Assembly (NCBI RefSeq): GCF_000014785.1 | Contig: NC_008340.1 | Location: forward strand, 1,140,001 to 1,172,000 | DNA from: Alkalilimnicola ehrlichii MLHE-1 | GTDB taxonomy: Bacteria; Pseudomonadota; Gammaproteobacteria; Nitrococcales; Halorhodospiraceae | DNA: 32,000 nt | Reading direction: 5' to 3' | Part shown: positions 1 through 9,198 of the stretch, piece after piece | Layout of the letters: each line of letters begins with the position of its first letter | Position numbering within the stretch: position 1 is the first letter of the stretch | The notes under the pieces: generated by a model | Database searches by the model: none | What the model saw: the letters and a program-made list of their open reading frames with translations, nothing else | What the model was told of the DNA's origin: nothing | Translations under genes and position numbers: made by a program

Positions 1-2111
1 GTCCGGGTCCTCGCAGGCCATGCGCAGCCGGCCACTCTTGAGCTGCTCGACCACATAGTCCTTCGGGTCCTTTCCGGCCTTGGCCGCCTCCTTGGCCACC
101 TCCAGCGGGTTGGCGCCGAGCTGCGGGGCGGAGGGCAGCCAGCCCATGCGCTCCGAGCGGACGTTGAAGTCGATCAGACTGCCCTGGAAGTCCTCTTTGT
201 TGGCCAGCGGCGAGAGCATGTCCGCCACATTCAGCTTCTCGTAGCGCCACTGGTCGGTGTGGGCGTAGAAGAAGGAGGTGGAGTTCATGTGCCGCGGCGG
301 ACGCGCCCAGTCGAGGGCGAAGGCCAGCGGCTGCCAGCCGGTCTGCGGACGCAGCTTCTCCTGGCCGACGTAGTGGGCCCAGCCGCCGCCGCTCTGACCG
401 ATACACCCGCAGAAGACCAGCATGTTGATCACGCTGCGGTAGTTCATGTCCATGTGGTACCAGTGGTTCATGGCGGCACCGATGATGATCATGGACTTGC
501 CACGGGTCTTGTTGGCGTTGTCGGCGAAGCGCCGGGCCACCTTGATCACCTTGTCACGCGGTACACCGGTGATCTGCTCCTGCCAGGCGGGGGTGTAGGG
601 CTTGTTTTCGTCGTAGCTCTTGGGGGTGTTCTCGCAGTCCAGGCCGCGGTCCACGCCGTAGTGGGCGGTGATCAGGTCGTACACCGAGGCGGCCAGCACC
701 TCCTCGCCGTCGGCCAGCTTTATCTTGCGCACCGGCACCTTGCGGTAGATCACCTCCTCCTGGGGGTTGGCGGTGAACCGGCCCAGTTCGTGCTCCTGGC
801 CGCCGAAGTAGGGGAAGCCCACCAGGGCCACCTCGTCGCGGCTGTCCAGGTGCGAGAGCTGCAGCTTCGTCTCCTTGCCGCTGGCTTCCTTCTCCTCCAG
901 GTTCCACTGGCCATCCTCGCCCCAGCGGAAGCCGATGGAGCCATTCGGGACCACCAGTGAGTCGCTCTTCTCGTCCCAGGCGATGGTCTTCCACTCGGGG
1001 TTGTTCTTCTGACCGAGCGCCTTGTCGAGGTCTGACGCCCGCAGAAAGCGGTCGGCCTGGTAGCCCTTGTCGGTCTTCTCCAGACGGACCAGGCAGGGCA
1101 TGTCGGTGTACTGGCGGGCGTAGTCGCGGAAGTAGTCGCTGGGATTGTCCACGTGGAATTCCTTGAGGATCACGTGGCCCAGGGCCATACCCAACGCGGA
1201 GTCGGTGCCCTGCTGGGGGTTCAGCCAGATGTCGCCGAACTTGGAGGCCTCGGAGTAGTCCGGGCAGACGGTGACGATCTCGGTGCCCTTGTACCGTACC
1301 TCGGTCATGAAGTGGGCATCGGGCGTGCGGGTCTGCGGGACGTTGGAACCCCACATCATGATGAAGCCGGCGTTGTACCAGTCGGCTGATTCCGGCACGT
1401 CGGTCTGCTCACCCCAGGTCTGCGGGCTGCTGGGGGGCAGGTCGCAGTACCAGTCGTAGAAGCTCATGCACACGCCGCCGAGCAGTGACATGTAGCGGGA
1501 GCCGGCGGCGTAGCTGACCATGGACATGGCCGGGATCGGAGAAAAGCCGATCACTCGGTCCGGGCCGTGCTCTTTGATGGTGTGGATATTGGCGGAGGCG
1601 ACCAGCTCGTTCACCTCGTCCCAGTCGGAGCGCACCATGTCGCCCAGGCCTCGGCGGCTCTTGTAGAGCTCGGCCTTCTTGGGGTCGCCGACAATGGAGG
1701 CCCAGGCGTCCACCGGGTCTTTGTGCTTCTTGCGCGCCTCGCGCCACATGCGCAGCAGCGTGCCGCGGATCATCGGGTACTTCAGCCGGTTGGCGCTGTA
1801 GATGTACCAGGAGTAGCTGGCGCCACGGCCGCAGCCGCGCGGCTCGTGGTTGGGCAGCTCCGGCCGGGTGCGCGGGTAGTCGGTCTGCTGGGTCTCCCAG
1901 GTGACCAGGCCGTTTTTCACGTAGATCTTCCAGCTGCAGGAGCCGGTGCAGTTCACCCCGTGGGTGGAGCGCACGACCTTGTCGTGCTGCCAGCGGCTGC
2001 GATAGGCATCCTCCCAGCGGCGGGACTCATCCCTGACCTCCCCGTGTCCGCCGGAGAAGCCGTCCTTGACCCGCTTGAAGAAGGTCAGTCGGTCGAGAAA
2101 GTAACTCATGG
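1..2111 (-). CDS. narG: Respiratory nitrate reductase alpha subunit NarG, N-terminal part (truncated by window edge)
   Basis: Reverse complement from ATG at 2109-2111 reads MSYFLDRLTFFKRVKDGFSGG...RSRWQHDKVVRSTHGVNCTGSCSWKIYVKNGLVTWETQQTDYPRTRPELPNHEPRGCGRGASYSWY, the classic NarG N-terminus. It is absent from the supplied ORF track, presumably because the frame is open at the window edge. Confidence 0.97.
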
Positions 2112-2154
2112 TGCGGTCTCCTCGCTGAGTCGAATCGTCGATTCGCTGTTATGG

Positions 2155-2184
2155 CCACCCGGGCCGGAGGGCCCGGGTGGCCTG
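2155..2184. promoter_or_regulatory. Perfect 13-bp inverted repeat (GGCCACCCGGGCC-GGAG-GGCCCGGGTGGCC) between the narK-type gene and narG
   Basis: Direct reading: 13-bp perfect arms with a 4-nt loop. No following T-tract on the minus strand, so an attenuator, processing site or weak terminator is inferred. Confidence 0.6.
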
Positions 2185-2207
2185 GCATCGCTAATAGGCC
2201 TGTGTGG

Positions 2208-3821
2208 TCAGGGGTTCTTGATGTAGGCGTTCTTCCGCAGATAGAACCACCAGTTCAGGATCAGGCAGAGGGCGTAGAAGATGGCGAACCCGTACATGGA
2301 CAGCTCCGGCGTGCCCGCCTCGATCTGCTCGCCCATCACGCGCGGGGCGATAAAGGCGCCGTAGGCGGCAACCGCCGAGGTCCAGCCCAACACCGGCCCC
2401 TTCTGGTGCTGGTCGAAGATCACGCCCACGGTGCGGAAGGTGGAACCGTTGCCGATGCCGCTGGCGGCGAAGAGCACAATGAACAGCAGCAGGAAGGGCC
2501 AAAACCAGGTGTTCGGGTCCGGCGAGTTGTAGGCCATCATCATCACCCAGCCGACCGCCGCGGAGGCGATGACCATGACCACCGAGATGGCCTGGGTGAC
2601 GATGGAGCCGCCCACCTTGTCGGACAGCCAACCGCCCACCGGTCGGATCAGCGCGCCCACGAACGGGCCCATCCAGGCAAAGGTGAGGGCGCTGGGGGCG
2701 TTGGGGTTTTCCACCCGCTGGGTGGTGCCGTCGGGCAGGGTCTCCATCAGGCTGCCAAAGATGACCTCAATGGAGAGCGGCAGTGCCGCCGAGAACCCGA
2801 TGAACGATCCGAAGGTCAGAATGTAGAGGACCGTCATCGACCAGGTGTGCTTGTTGCGGAAGATGGCGAATTGCTTCTTGATGTTGGGCTTGATCTCCTC
2901 GCCCGGCATCAGTCGCATCAGCCCCAGGGTGATGAGAATGATCAGCGGCAGGGTGATCCACATGTTCAGCAGCCCCAGGCCCACCGGTGGCGGCAGGAAG
3001 AGGTAGAGGCCGACAGCGGCGGCGATGAAGCCGATACCGTAGAGCGCCAGGATCTTGCCGAAGGCGGCGAACGGGGTCCCCGGGTTGGGGGTGATCGTCC
3101 GCAGGTTGTTCATGCCGAACCAAGTGGCGAAGGCCAGAGGGACCAGCAGCAGCAGCCAGACAAAGGCGGCGTTCTGGATAAAGGTCTCGGTACCGGCCTC
3201 GATGCGACCGATCAATGTGCCGCTGGCCCGCTCCAATACCATCGGATCACCGGCGAGGGCGCCGAAGATGCCCACCGTCATCGCCAGCGGGATGACGATC
3301 TGCATGGTGGTGACGCCGAAGTTGCCCAGCCCCGCATTCAGGCCCAGGGCCAGCCCCTGCTGGCGCTTGGGAAAGAAGGTGGAGATGTTGCTCATCGAGC
3401 AGGCGAAGTTGCCACCGCCGATGCCCGAGAGCAGCGCCAGCGCCTGGAAGACCCACAGCGGCGTCTCCTGGGACTGCAGCGCCAGCCCGGTGCCCAGGGC
3501 GGGTATGATGAGCAGGGAGGTGGTGAGGAAGATGGTGTTCCGCCCGCCGGCGATGCGGATCATGAAGGAGGCCGGGATGCGGAGGGTGGCGCCGGAGAGC
3601 CCGGCGATGGCGGCGAGGGTGAACAACTCGGTGTCCTCAAAGGGAAACCCGAGGTTGCGCATCTGCACCGTGATCATGCCCCACATCAGCCAGATGACGA
3701 AGCCGCACAGCAGGGCGGGGATGGAGATCCACAGGTTCCGATTGGCGACCCGTTTGCCGAAACTCTCCCACTGTTTCTCGTCTTCCGGATCCCAATGTTC
3801 GATGTCTTTGTTGGCTGCCAC
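2208..3821 (-). CDS. narK: NarK-family nitrate/nitrite MFS transporter (copy A)
   Basis: 551-aa ORF in the track with ...NLWISIPALLCGFVIWLMWGMITVQMRNLGFPF... and GGGNFACSMSNISTFFPKRQQGLALGLNAGLGNFGVTTMQ. GTG at 3821 is preceded by AGGAG at good spacing, so this start is preferred over 3863. Confidence 0.93.
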   Translation of the reverse strand: MAANKDIEHWDPEDEKQWESFGKRVANRNLWISIPALLCGFVIWLMWGMITVQMRNLGFPFEDTELFTLAAIAGLSGATLRIPASFMIRIAGGRNTIFLTTSLLIIPALGTGLALQSQETPLWVFQALALLSGIGGGNFACSMSNISTFFPKRQQGLALGLNAGLGNFGVTTMQIVIPLAMTVGIFGALAGDPMVLERASGTLIGRIEAGTETFIQNAAFVWLLLLVPLAFATWFGMNNLRTITPNPGTPFAAFGKILALYGIGFIAAAVGLYLFLPPPVGLGLLNMWITLPLIILITLGLMRLMPGEEIKPNIKKQFAIFRNKHTWSMTVLYILTFGSFIGFSAALPLSIEVIFGSLMETLPDGTTQRVENPNAPSALTFAWMGPFVGALIRPVGGWLSDKVGGSIVTQAISVVMVIASAAVGWVMMMAYNSPDPNTWFWPFLLLFIVLFAASGIGNGSTFRTVGVIFDQHQKGPVLGWTSAVAAYGAFIAPRVMGEQIEAGTPELSMYGFAIFYALCLILNWWFYLRKNAYIKNP

Positions 3822-3944
3822 GATAGTGCTCCTGTCGTTGCCTCTACCCGGATGGGTGACCATGCTTGTGAAGCAAAGCTAATCGCGCCTGGGGGGGCGG
3901 TAAATGGGGTGGGACCGGGTTCGAAAGCCGCGAAAATCGGGCTA

Positions 3945-3970
3945 TACCTCTCTAGAGGTAGAGAGGGGTA
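3945..3970. promoter_or_regulatory. Putative NarL/NarP-type operator: 7-2-7 inverted heptamers plus one extra heptamer
   Basis: TACCTCT-CT-AGAGGTA at 3945-3960 matches TACYYMT-N2-AKRRGTA; AGGGGTA at 3964-3970 matches the AKRRGTA half-site. It lies between divergent narK and narX-like genes. Confidence 0.7.
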
Positions 3971-4072
3971 AAAGCGCAAGTGGTTGATTGGAAAGGCAAC
4001 GGAATGCGGTAACTTATCTCTCGGCCCGCTGTCGGAAGGGGCAGTACTATTTAGTGGTAGCACGAGGTTTCC

Positions 4073-6007
4073 ATGGCTATCAGCCGTCTCTACAATCGCC
4101 TGCTCCACCCCACCCTGGCCGGGTCGCTCTTCGCGTTGCTGGTGGGAGTGGCCACCATCGGCTTCCTGGGCATGCTGCATGGGGCGTTCGTCGCCAAAAC
4201 GGCGCAGCATGATGCGGCGGCGATCAACGTGGCCGGGTCCCTGCGCATGCAGTCCTACCGCATTGCCACTACCCTGCTGGACGACCAGGGCCCGCAGGCG
4301 GGTGCCAAGACGTTGGATGCGGAGGTTGCTGCCTTCGAGCGGCGGCTGCACAGCCCGGAGCTGCTGCGACCCATACCGGCAAACCCGGACGACCCGGTTC
4401 GAGAGGCCTGGGAGGAGGTCCACCGGCAGTGGACCACTGAGTTAAAGCCGCTGCTCGTCGATGGGAGCAGCGCCGGTTCGCCGGTCCGCTATCTGGACCA
4501 AGTGGACCGATTCGTGGGCACGGTGGACAACCTGGTCACGGCGGCTCAGTCGGCCGCTGAGGCGCGCATTCACAACTCCCAGTCGGTGCGGGTGCTGGCC
4601 ATGGCGTTGCTCAGTGGCCTGGTGCTGTACGGGCTCTACCGGCTTCACATGCGCCTGGTGCTCCCCGTGCAGCAGTTGAACTACGTGGCCGGTCGCCTGA
4701 TGAAGGGGGATTTCGAGGCCCGCGCCCGCTACCTGCCGAACGATGAGCTGGGCATGTACGCCCGGACCTTCAACAGGATGGCGGACACCCTCACCGATAT
4801 GCAGCGCAGTCTCGCCCACCGGGTGAGCGAGAAGACCGCAGAGCTTCGGCGGCGCAACAGTGCCTTGGAGCTGGTCTACAATGCCAGTCGTGATCTCAGT
4901 GCCGGCGCACTGGAGTCCAGTAACCTCAAGGCGATGCTCGACACCCTGGAGCGGGTGACGGGGCTGGGGCCGCTGAGCATCTGCCTGGCCCAGCCCGGTG
5001 CGGACAAGTCCTTCGAGACCCTCTCCACCTCCGCTGAGAGTCGCCCGGCCCGCTGCAGCGCTCCGGACTGCAAGGGTTGTATGAATGTCGTACCCCGTCA
5101 CGGGGGCGGCGTGGTTTGCCCGGGTATGCTGGCTCTGCCCCTGGAGGACCGGAATGTCCGCTACGGTCTGCTGCAGGTGGAGTACACCCCCGGCGACCAG
5201 CCCAGGGGGTGGCAGCTGCACCTGGCGGAGACGGTGGCCAGCCATATCGCCGCCGCCTGTGCCCGCGAGCGCGAATTGGATGCCGAGCACCGCATTGTGT
5301 TGATGGAGGAGCGGGCGGTGATTGCCAGGGAACTGCACGACTCGCTGGCCCAGGCACTGTCCTACATGAAGATCCAGGTGGCACGGCTGCAGGGGTTGAT
5401 GCGCAAGGAGCACGAACCCGCCCAGCTCGAGGCCATCCTCTCTGAGTTGCGTGATGGGCTCAATTCCGCCTATGAGCAGTTGCGCGAGCTCCTGACCACG
5501 TTCCGCCTGGGGATGGACTCCCCCGGGCTGGAGTCTGCGCTGCGCAAGGCCGTCAAGGAGTTCTCCGAGCGGGGTGATATCCCCATCCGTCTGGACTACC
5601 GTCTGAGCCACTGGCCCTTGAACGCGAACGAGGAGATCCATCTCCTGCAAATCGCGCGTGAGGCGCTGGCGAACGTGGTTCGGCACAGTCAGGCCACCCG
5701 GGCGGACGTGGTGGTGGCCCCGGGGTCGAACCACGACGTGGTGCTGGAAGTCCTCGACAACGGCGTCGGGCTGGCGGCTGTTTCCGAGGAACCGGGGCAC
5801 CACTATGGCACCGCCATCATGCAGGAACGGGCGGAGGGCCTTGGAGGGATGCTGCGACTCGGTAACCGGGCCGGGGGGGGGATGCGGGTGATGCTGACCT
5901 TCCGGCCGGAGTCCATGGCGCGCGCTGTCGCGTTCAGCGCCAGCCAGAACAACAATCAAGGGGTTCAGGATGAGGACATTCGGGGAGCCTATGCAGACTA
6001 CCGCTGA
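4073..6007 (+). CDS. narX: Nitrate/nitrite sensor histidine kinase, NarX type
   Basis: N-terminal TM, P-box-like INVAGSLRMQSYRIATTLL, HAMP, Cys-rich central region, HisKA_3-type H-box ARELHDSLAQALSYMKIQVARLQ, ATPase NVVRHSQATRA...VLEVLDNGVGL. Adjacent narL-type gene. Confidence 0.92.
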   Translation: MAISRLYNRLLHPTLAGSLFALLVGVATIGFLGMLHGAFVAKTAQHDAAAINVAGSLRMQSYRIATTLLDDQGPQAGAKTLDAEVAAFERRLHSPELLRPIPANPDDPVREAWEEVHRQWTTELKPLLVDGSSAGSPVRYLDQVDRFVGTVDNLVTAAQSAAEARIHNSQSVRVLAMALLSGLVLYGLYRLHMRLVLPVQQLNYVAGRLMKGDFEARARYLPNDELGMYARTFNRMADTLTDMQRSLAHRVSEKTAELRRRNSALELVYNASRDLSAGALESSNLKAMLDTLERVTGLGPLSICLAQPGADKSFETLSTSAESRPARCSAPDCKGCMNVVPRHGGGVVCPGMLALPLEDRNVRYGLLQVEYTPGDQPRGWQLHLAETVASHIAAACARERELDAEHRIVLMEERAVIARELHDSLAQALSYMKIQVARLQGLMRKEHEPAQLEAILSELRDGLNSAYEQLRELLTTFRLGMDSPGLESALRKAVKEFSERGDIPIRLDYRLSHWPLNANEEIHLLQIAREALANVVRHSQATRADVVVAPGSNHDVVLEVLDNGVGLAAVSEEPGHHYGTAIMQERAEGLGGMLRLGNRAGGGMRVMLTFRPESMARAVAFSASQNNNQGVQDEDIRGAYADYR

Positions 6008-6650
6008 TGCCAAACGTATCTTCCTGGTTGACGACCACCCCCTGTTACGGCGTGGCCTGGGGCAGCTCTTGGAGGCCGAGCCCGACCTGGAGCTGGCCGG
6101 CGAGGCGGGCAGCGGCGAGCAGGCCATGGCCCTGTTGCCTGGATCCGGGGCGGACCTGGTGCTGCTGGACCTCAACATGCGGGGGATGGGCGGTGTGCGG
6201 ACCCTGGAGGCCATCCGGGCGTCCGGCATGAAGCTGCGGGTGGTGGTATTGACCGTCTCCAATGCCGCCGAGGATGTGCATGCGGCGCTGCAGGCCGGTG
6301 CCGATGGGTACCTGCTCAAGGACATGGAGCCCGAGGCGCTTGTCGCTGAGCTGCGTCGTGCCGCCGGCGGTGAGCTGGTGATCTCCCCGGAGCTGGCCTC
6401 GGTACTGGCCCAGGTGCTGACCCGACCCAATCACTCAGCGGCGGACGAACTGCTGGCGGAACTCACCAGTCGAGAGAGCGAGATCCTGCGCCATATCGCG
6501 AAGGGGCAGTCGAACAAGATGATTGCCCGAGATCTGGGCCTGATGGAGGGGACTGTCAAGGTGCATGTCAAGAGCATATTGAAGAAGCTGCGCATGCACT
6601 CCCGGGTGGAGGCGGCTGTCTGGGCCGTCCAGCACGGTTTTGGCAAGTAG
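5991..6650 (+). CDS. narL: NarL-family response regulator
   Basis: Receiver IFLVDDHPLLRRGLGQLLE...DLVLLDLNMRGMGG and LuxR HTH LTSRESEILRHIAKGQSNKMIARDLGLMEGTVKVHVKSILKKL. ATG at 5991 overlaps the narX stop (6007). Confidence 0.93.
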   Translation: MQTTADAKRIFLVDDHPLLRRGLGQLLEAEPDLELAGEAGSGEQAMALLPGSGADLVLLDLNMRGMGGVRTLEAIRASGMKLRVVVLTVSNAAEDVHAALQAGADGYLLKDMEPEALVAELRRAAGGELVISPELASVLAQVLTRPNHSAADELLAELTSRESEILRHIAKGQSNKMIARDLGLMEGTVKVHVKSILKKLRMHSRVEAAVWAVQHGFGK

Positions 6651-6652
6651 CG

Positions 6653-6682
6653 CCGCCGGGGGCGCCTTAAGTCCCCCGGCGG
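6653..6682. terminator. Likely hairpin between convergent narL and narK-type copy B
   Basis: CCGCCGGGGG - 10 nt - CCCCCGGCGG, perfect 10-bp arms, in the 44-bp gap between convergent stops. No strong T-tract. Confidence 0.55.
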
Positions 6683-6694
6683 GCCAGTCGGCGG

Positions 6695-8203
6695 TTATCG
6701 CGCCCAGGCCTTCTGGCGCTCCCGTTTCAGGTCCTCTTCCTCGATCATGCGGTCCACCGATGAGACGTGGTAGTCCTCGGCAAAGGCGCCTTCCGGCTCC
6801 TTCAGCAGGAGCAGGCAGATCAGCCAGCTCAGGAACGCGCCGGTGGCGATGATGAAGAAGAACTGGGTCGGGGTGACGAAGGTGAAGATGGTCAGGTAGA
6901 CCACCGCACCCACATTGCCGTACGCCCCCGCCATGCCCGAGATCTGGCCGGTGATCCGGCGCTTGATCGACGGGATGATCCCGAAGGTCGCCCCCTCTGA
7001 GCCCTGTACGAAGAAGGAGGTGAAGATCGTGATGGCGATGGCAACGATCAGTGGCCAGTTGGAGTCCAACAGGCCCATGAGCACGAAGCCGATACCAATC
7101 CCGAACATGTAGCACAGCATCACGAAGCGCCGGTTGCCCATGCGATCGGAGACCAGGCCGCCCATGGGGCGTGCGACGAGGTTGACGAACGCAAAGGAGG
7201 CGGCGATGGCGCCCGCGGCGGCGGCACCCAGCCCCCAGGTCTGCTCGAAGAACATCGGCAGCATGGAGACCACCGCCAGTTCCGCCCCGAAGTTGGCGAA
7301 GTAGGTACTGTTCAGCGCGATGACGCTGTTGAAGTGGTACTTGTCGTCCTTGGGCACGCCTTTTTTCAGGATCGGGACATTGACCCGGAAGATCTGGACG
7401 ACCTGGTAGAGCACGATGCCGCCGATGACCAGGTACAGGATGGTGGCACCGGTAGTGCTGAGGTAGCCCATCTGTTCGATGCGCCACACCAGGAGAGCAA
7501 GGACGCCCACCAGGGGAAGGGTGCAGATGATCAGCTTGATCATGTCGCCCCAACTGCTGACCTCCATGGCCATGGCGTTACGGGTGCGCTTGTGTGAGGT
7601 GGCGTGCGGGCCGTCGGTGATGGCGAACCAGTAGAAGACCCCGTAACCGGCCATGACCAGGGCACTCACCGCCATGGCCCAGCGCCAGCCGTCCTCACCG
7701 CCGAACAGGGTGAGGGCGATGGTGGGCAGGGTCATCGCGGCCGCGGCCGAACCGAAGTTACCCCAGCCGGCGTAGAAGCCCTCGGCGAAGCCGATATCCC
7801 GGGGCCGGAACCAGAGCGCGGTCATATGAATGCCCACCACGAAGCTGGCGCCTACCGAACTCAACACCAGCCGCGAGATCAGTAGCTGCGTCATGTTGTT
7901 GCCGAAGGCGAACGCCAGCGCCGGCAGGGCCATCAGGATCATCAGGATCGAGAACACCCGGCGCGGGCCGAAGCGGTCCAAGGCCATGCCGACGATGATG
8001 CGGGCGGGGATGGTGAGGGCGACGTTACAGATGGCGAATAATCGGATGTCATCCTGGGTCAACCAGTCCACGCTGCGTAGCATGCTGGTGGCCAGCGGGG
8101 CCATGTTGAACCAGACGTAGAAGGTGATGAAGAACGCAATCCAGGTGAGGTGGAGGGCCTTTATCTCGGGACTGCGAAATTTGAAGACGTCAACGACTTT
8201 CAT
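6695..8203 (-). CDS. NarK-family nitrate/nitrite MFS transporter (copy B)
   Basis: 502-aa ORF with MFS features: FNMAPLATSM, ARIIVGMALDRFGPRRVFS, GIHMTALWFRPRDIGFAEGFYAGWGNFGSAAAAMTLP, LVNLVARPMGGLVSDRMGNRR. Confidence 0.88.
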   Translation of the reverse strand: MKVVDVFKFRSPEIKALHLTWIAFFITFYVWFNMAPLATSMLRSVDWLTQDDIRLFAICNVALTIPARIIVGMALDRFGPRRVFSILMILMALPALAFAFGNNMTQLLISRLVLSSVGASFVVGIHMTALWFRPRDIGFAEGFYAGWGNFGSAAAAMTLPTIALTLFGGEDGWRWAMAVSALVMAGYGVFYWFAITDGPHATSHKRTRNAMAMEVSSWGDMIKLIICTLPLVGVLALLVWRIEQMGYLSTTGATILYLVIGGIVLYQVVQIFRVNVPILKKGVPKDDKYHFNSVIALNSTYFANFGAELAVVSMLPMFFEQTWGLGAAAAGAIAASFAFVNLVARPMGGLVSDRMGNRRFVMLCYMFGIGIGFVLMGLLDSNWPLIVAIAITIFTSFFVQGSEGATFGIIPSIKRRITGQISGMAGAYGNVGAVVYLTIFTFVTPTQFFFIIATGAFLSWLICLLLLKEPEGAFAEDYHVSSVDRMIEEEDLKRERQKAWAR

Positions 8204-8245
8204 AGGGGTCTCCCGGGGTCGTGAGGGGGGGCTGCCGGGGCGGGG

Positions 8246-8704
8246 TCAGGGGGCTGGATAGATCAACAACGGACACTCCACCCGCCGGGAGAGAAAGGCG
8301 CTGACGCTGCCAAAGGTCATGTAGTCGAGTTCGTCAACAAAGTAGGTGAGTGACTGGGCGATGATGCCGCCATCGGGCTTGGTGCTGTGGCGGGCGATGA
8401 CCAACAGATCGGGGGTGCGTTTGCGGGTGGCCTCGAGGAGCATCTTCCGGGGGTCTCCCTCGGCGATGATGATCTCGCTCTCGAGCTTTTGTTCGGTGGC
8501 AAACTCCGAGGCCTCCTCCAGGGCGGCCTTGATCTCCTGGTACTCCTCTTGAAAGAGGTCTTCGTTCAGCTCGGTGGAATCCCTCGTCTCCTCGGCCACG
8601 CCGACCAAAAGCAGCTTCGGTCGCAGCCGGTGAAACATGTCGATGGTCTGCGCCAATGCCAGTTTGGCGTTTCGTGAGCCGTCGTAAGCGACCATTATTC
8701 TCAT
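8246..8704 (-). CDS. Universal stress protein (UspA family)
   Basis: 152 aa: MRIMVAYDGSRNAKLALAQTIDMF...LLLVGVAEETRD...IIAEGDPRKMLLEATRKRTPDLLVIARHS; 42 bp upstream of the narK copy B start, same strand. Confidence 0.85.
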   Translation of the reverse strand: MRIMVAYDGSRNAKLALAQTIDMFHRLRPKLLLVGVAEETRDSTELNEDLFQEEYQEIKAALEEASEFATEQKLESEIIIAEGDPRKMLLEATRKRTPDLLVIARHSTKPDGGIIAQSLTYFVDELDYMTFGSVSAFLSRRVECPLLIYPAP

Positions 8705-9198
8705 GGCTCGACTCCTGTAGTGGATTTGTCGTGTGCGCTCGTGGCCGGGGTTCGCACTCTGCCGTCGGGTGGGACCCGTGCAGGCGTCTCAGGCAGGGTG
8801 GTGCGCGATGGTCCGCGGCTACTATTCGATTCGTCGAAATTTGGATGGTTAAAAGCTAGTTCGTGGCGGATGGGCAGGTAAACAGATGCTGGTCGACGCA
8901 ATACCTAGAGTAATAATCAGAAATACCACTATCGGGTTAGTTTGCTATCTCCTTGTATGTCGCTGAAACAAAAAGAGATATACGGCCGTTTTTGGGGTGG
9001 GGCACGGCGGCGCGGTGGCAGGAGACTTTTTGGAGGTAACCCCACCTTTTTCGCGGACGCGGGGCCCGGAGTGACCCGTTATGGCGAGAGGTCGGTGGAC
9101 ACCGGAAGGGCTGTCTGTGAACCCTGTCTATAAACCACCCTGGCAGGAAGTGCTATGTTCGGTGCACGAGATGACTCGGAGCGGACAATCGGGGGCGA

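Noticed and set aside
2151-3971. 606-aa plus-strand ORF in the track
   Set aside because: Antisense to the well-supported narK-type gene; low-complexity His/Gln/Gly-rich translation typical of GC-rich shadow ORFs.
3984-3997. Possible FNR/Anr box (TTGATTGGAAAGGC) upstream of narX
   Set aside because: Only the TTGAT half-site is present; the expected ATCAA half at 4-nt spacing is absent.
9161-9180. Possible sigma54 promoter in CTGGCAGGAAGTGCTAT upstream of the SBP gene
   Set aside because: Spacing between the GG and GC elements is 8 nt rather than the required 10 nt, and the element lies slightly upstream at about 9139-9155.
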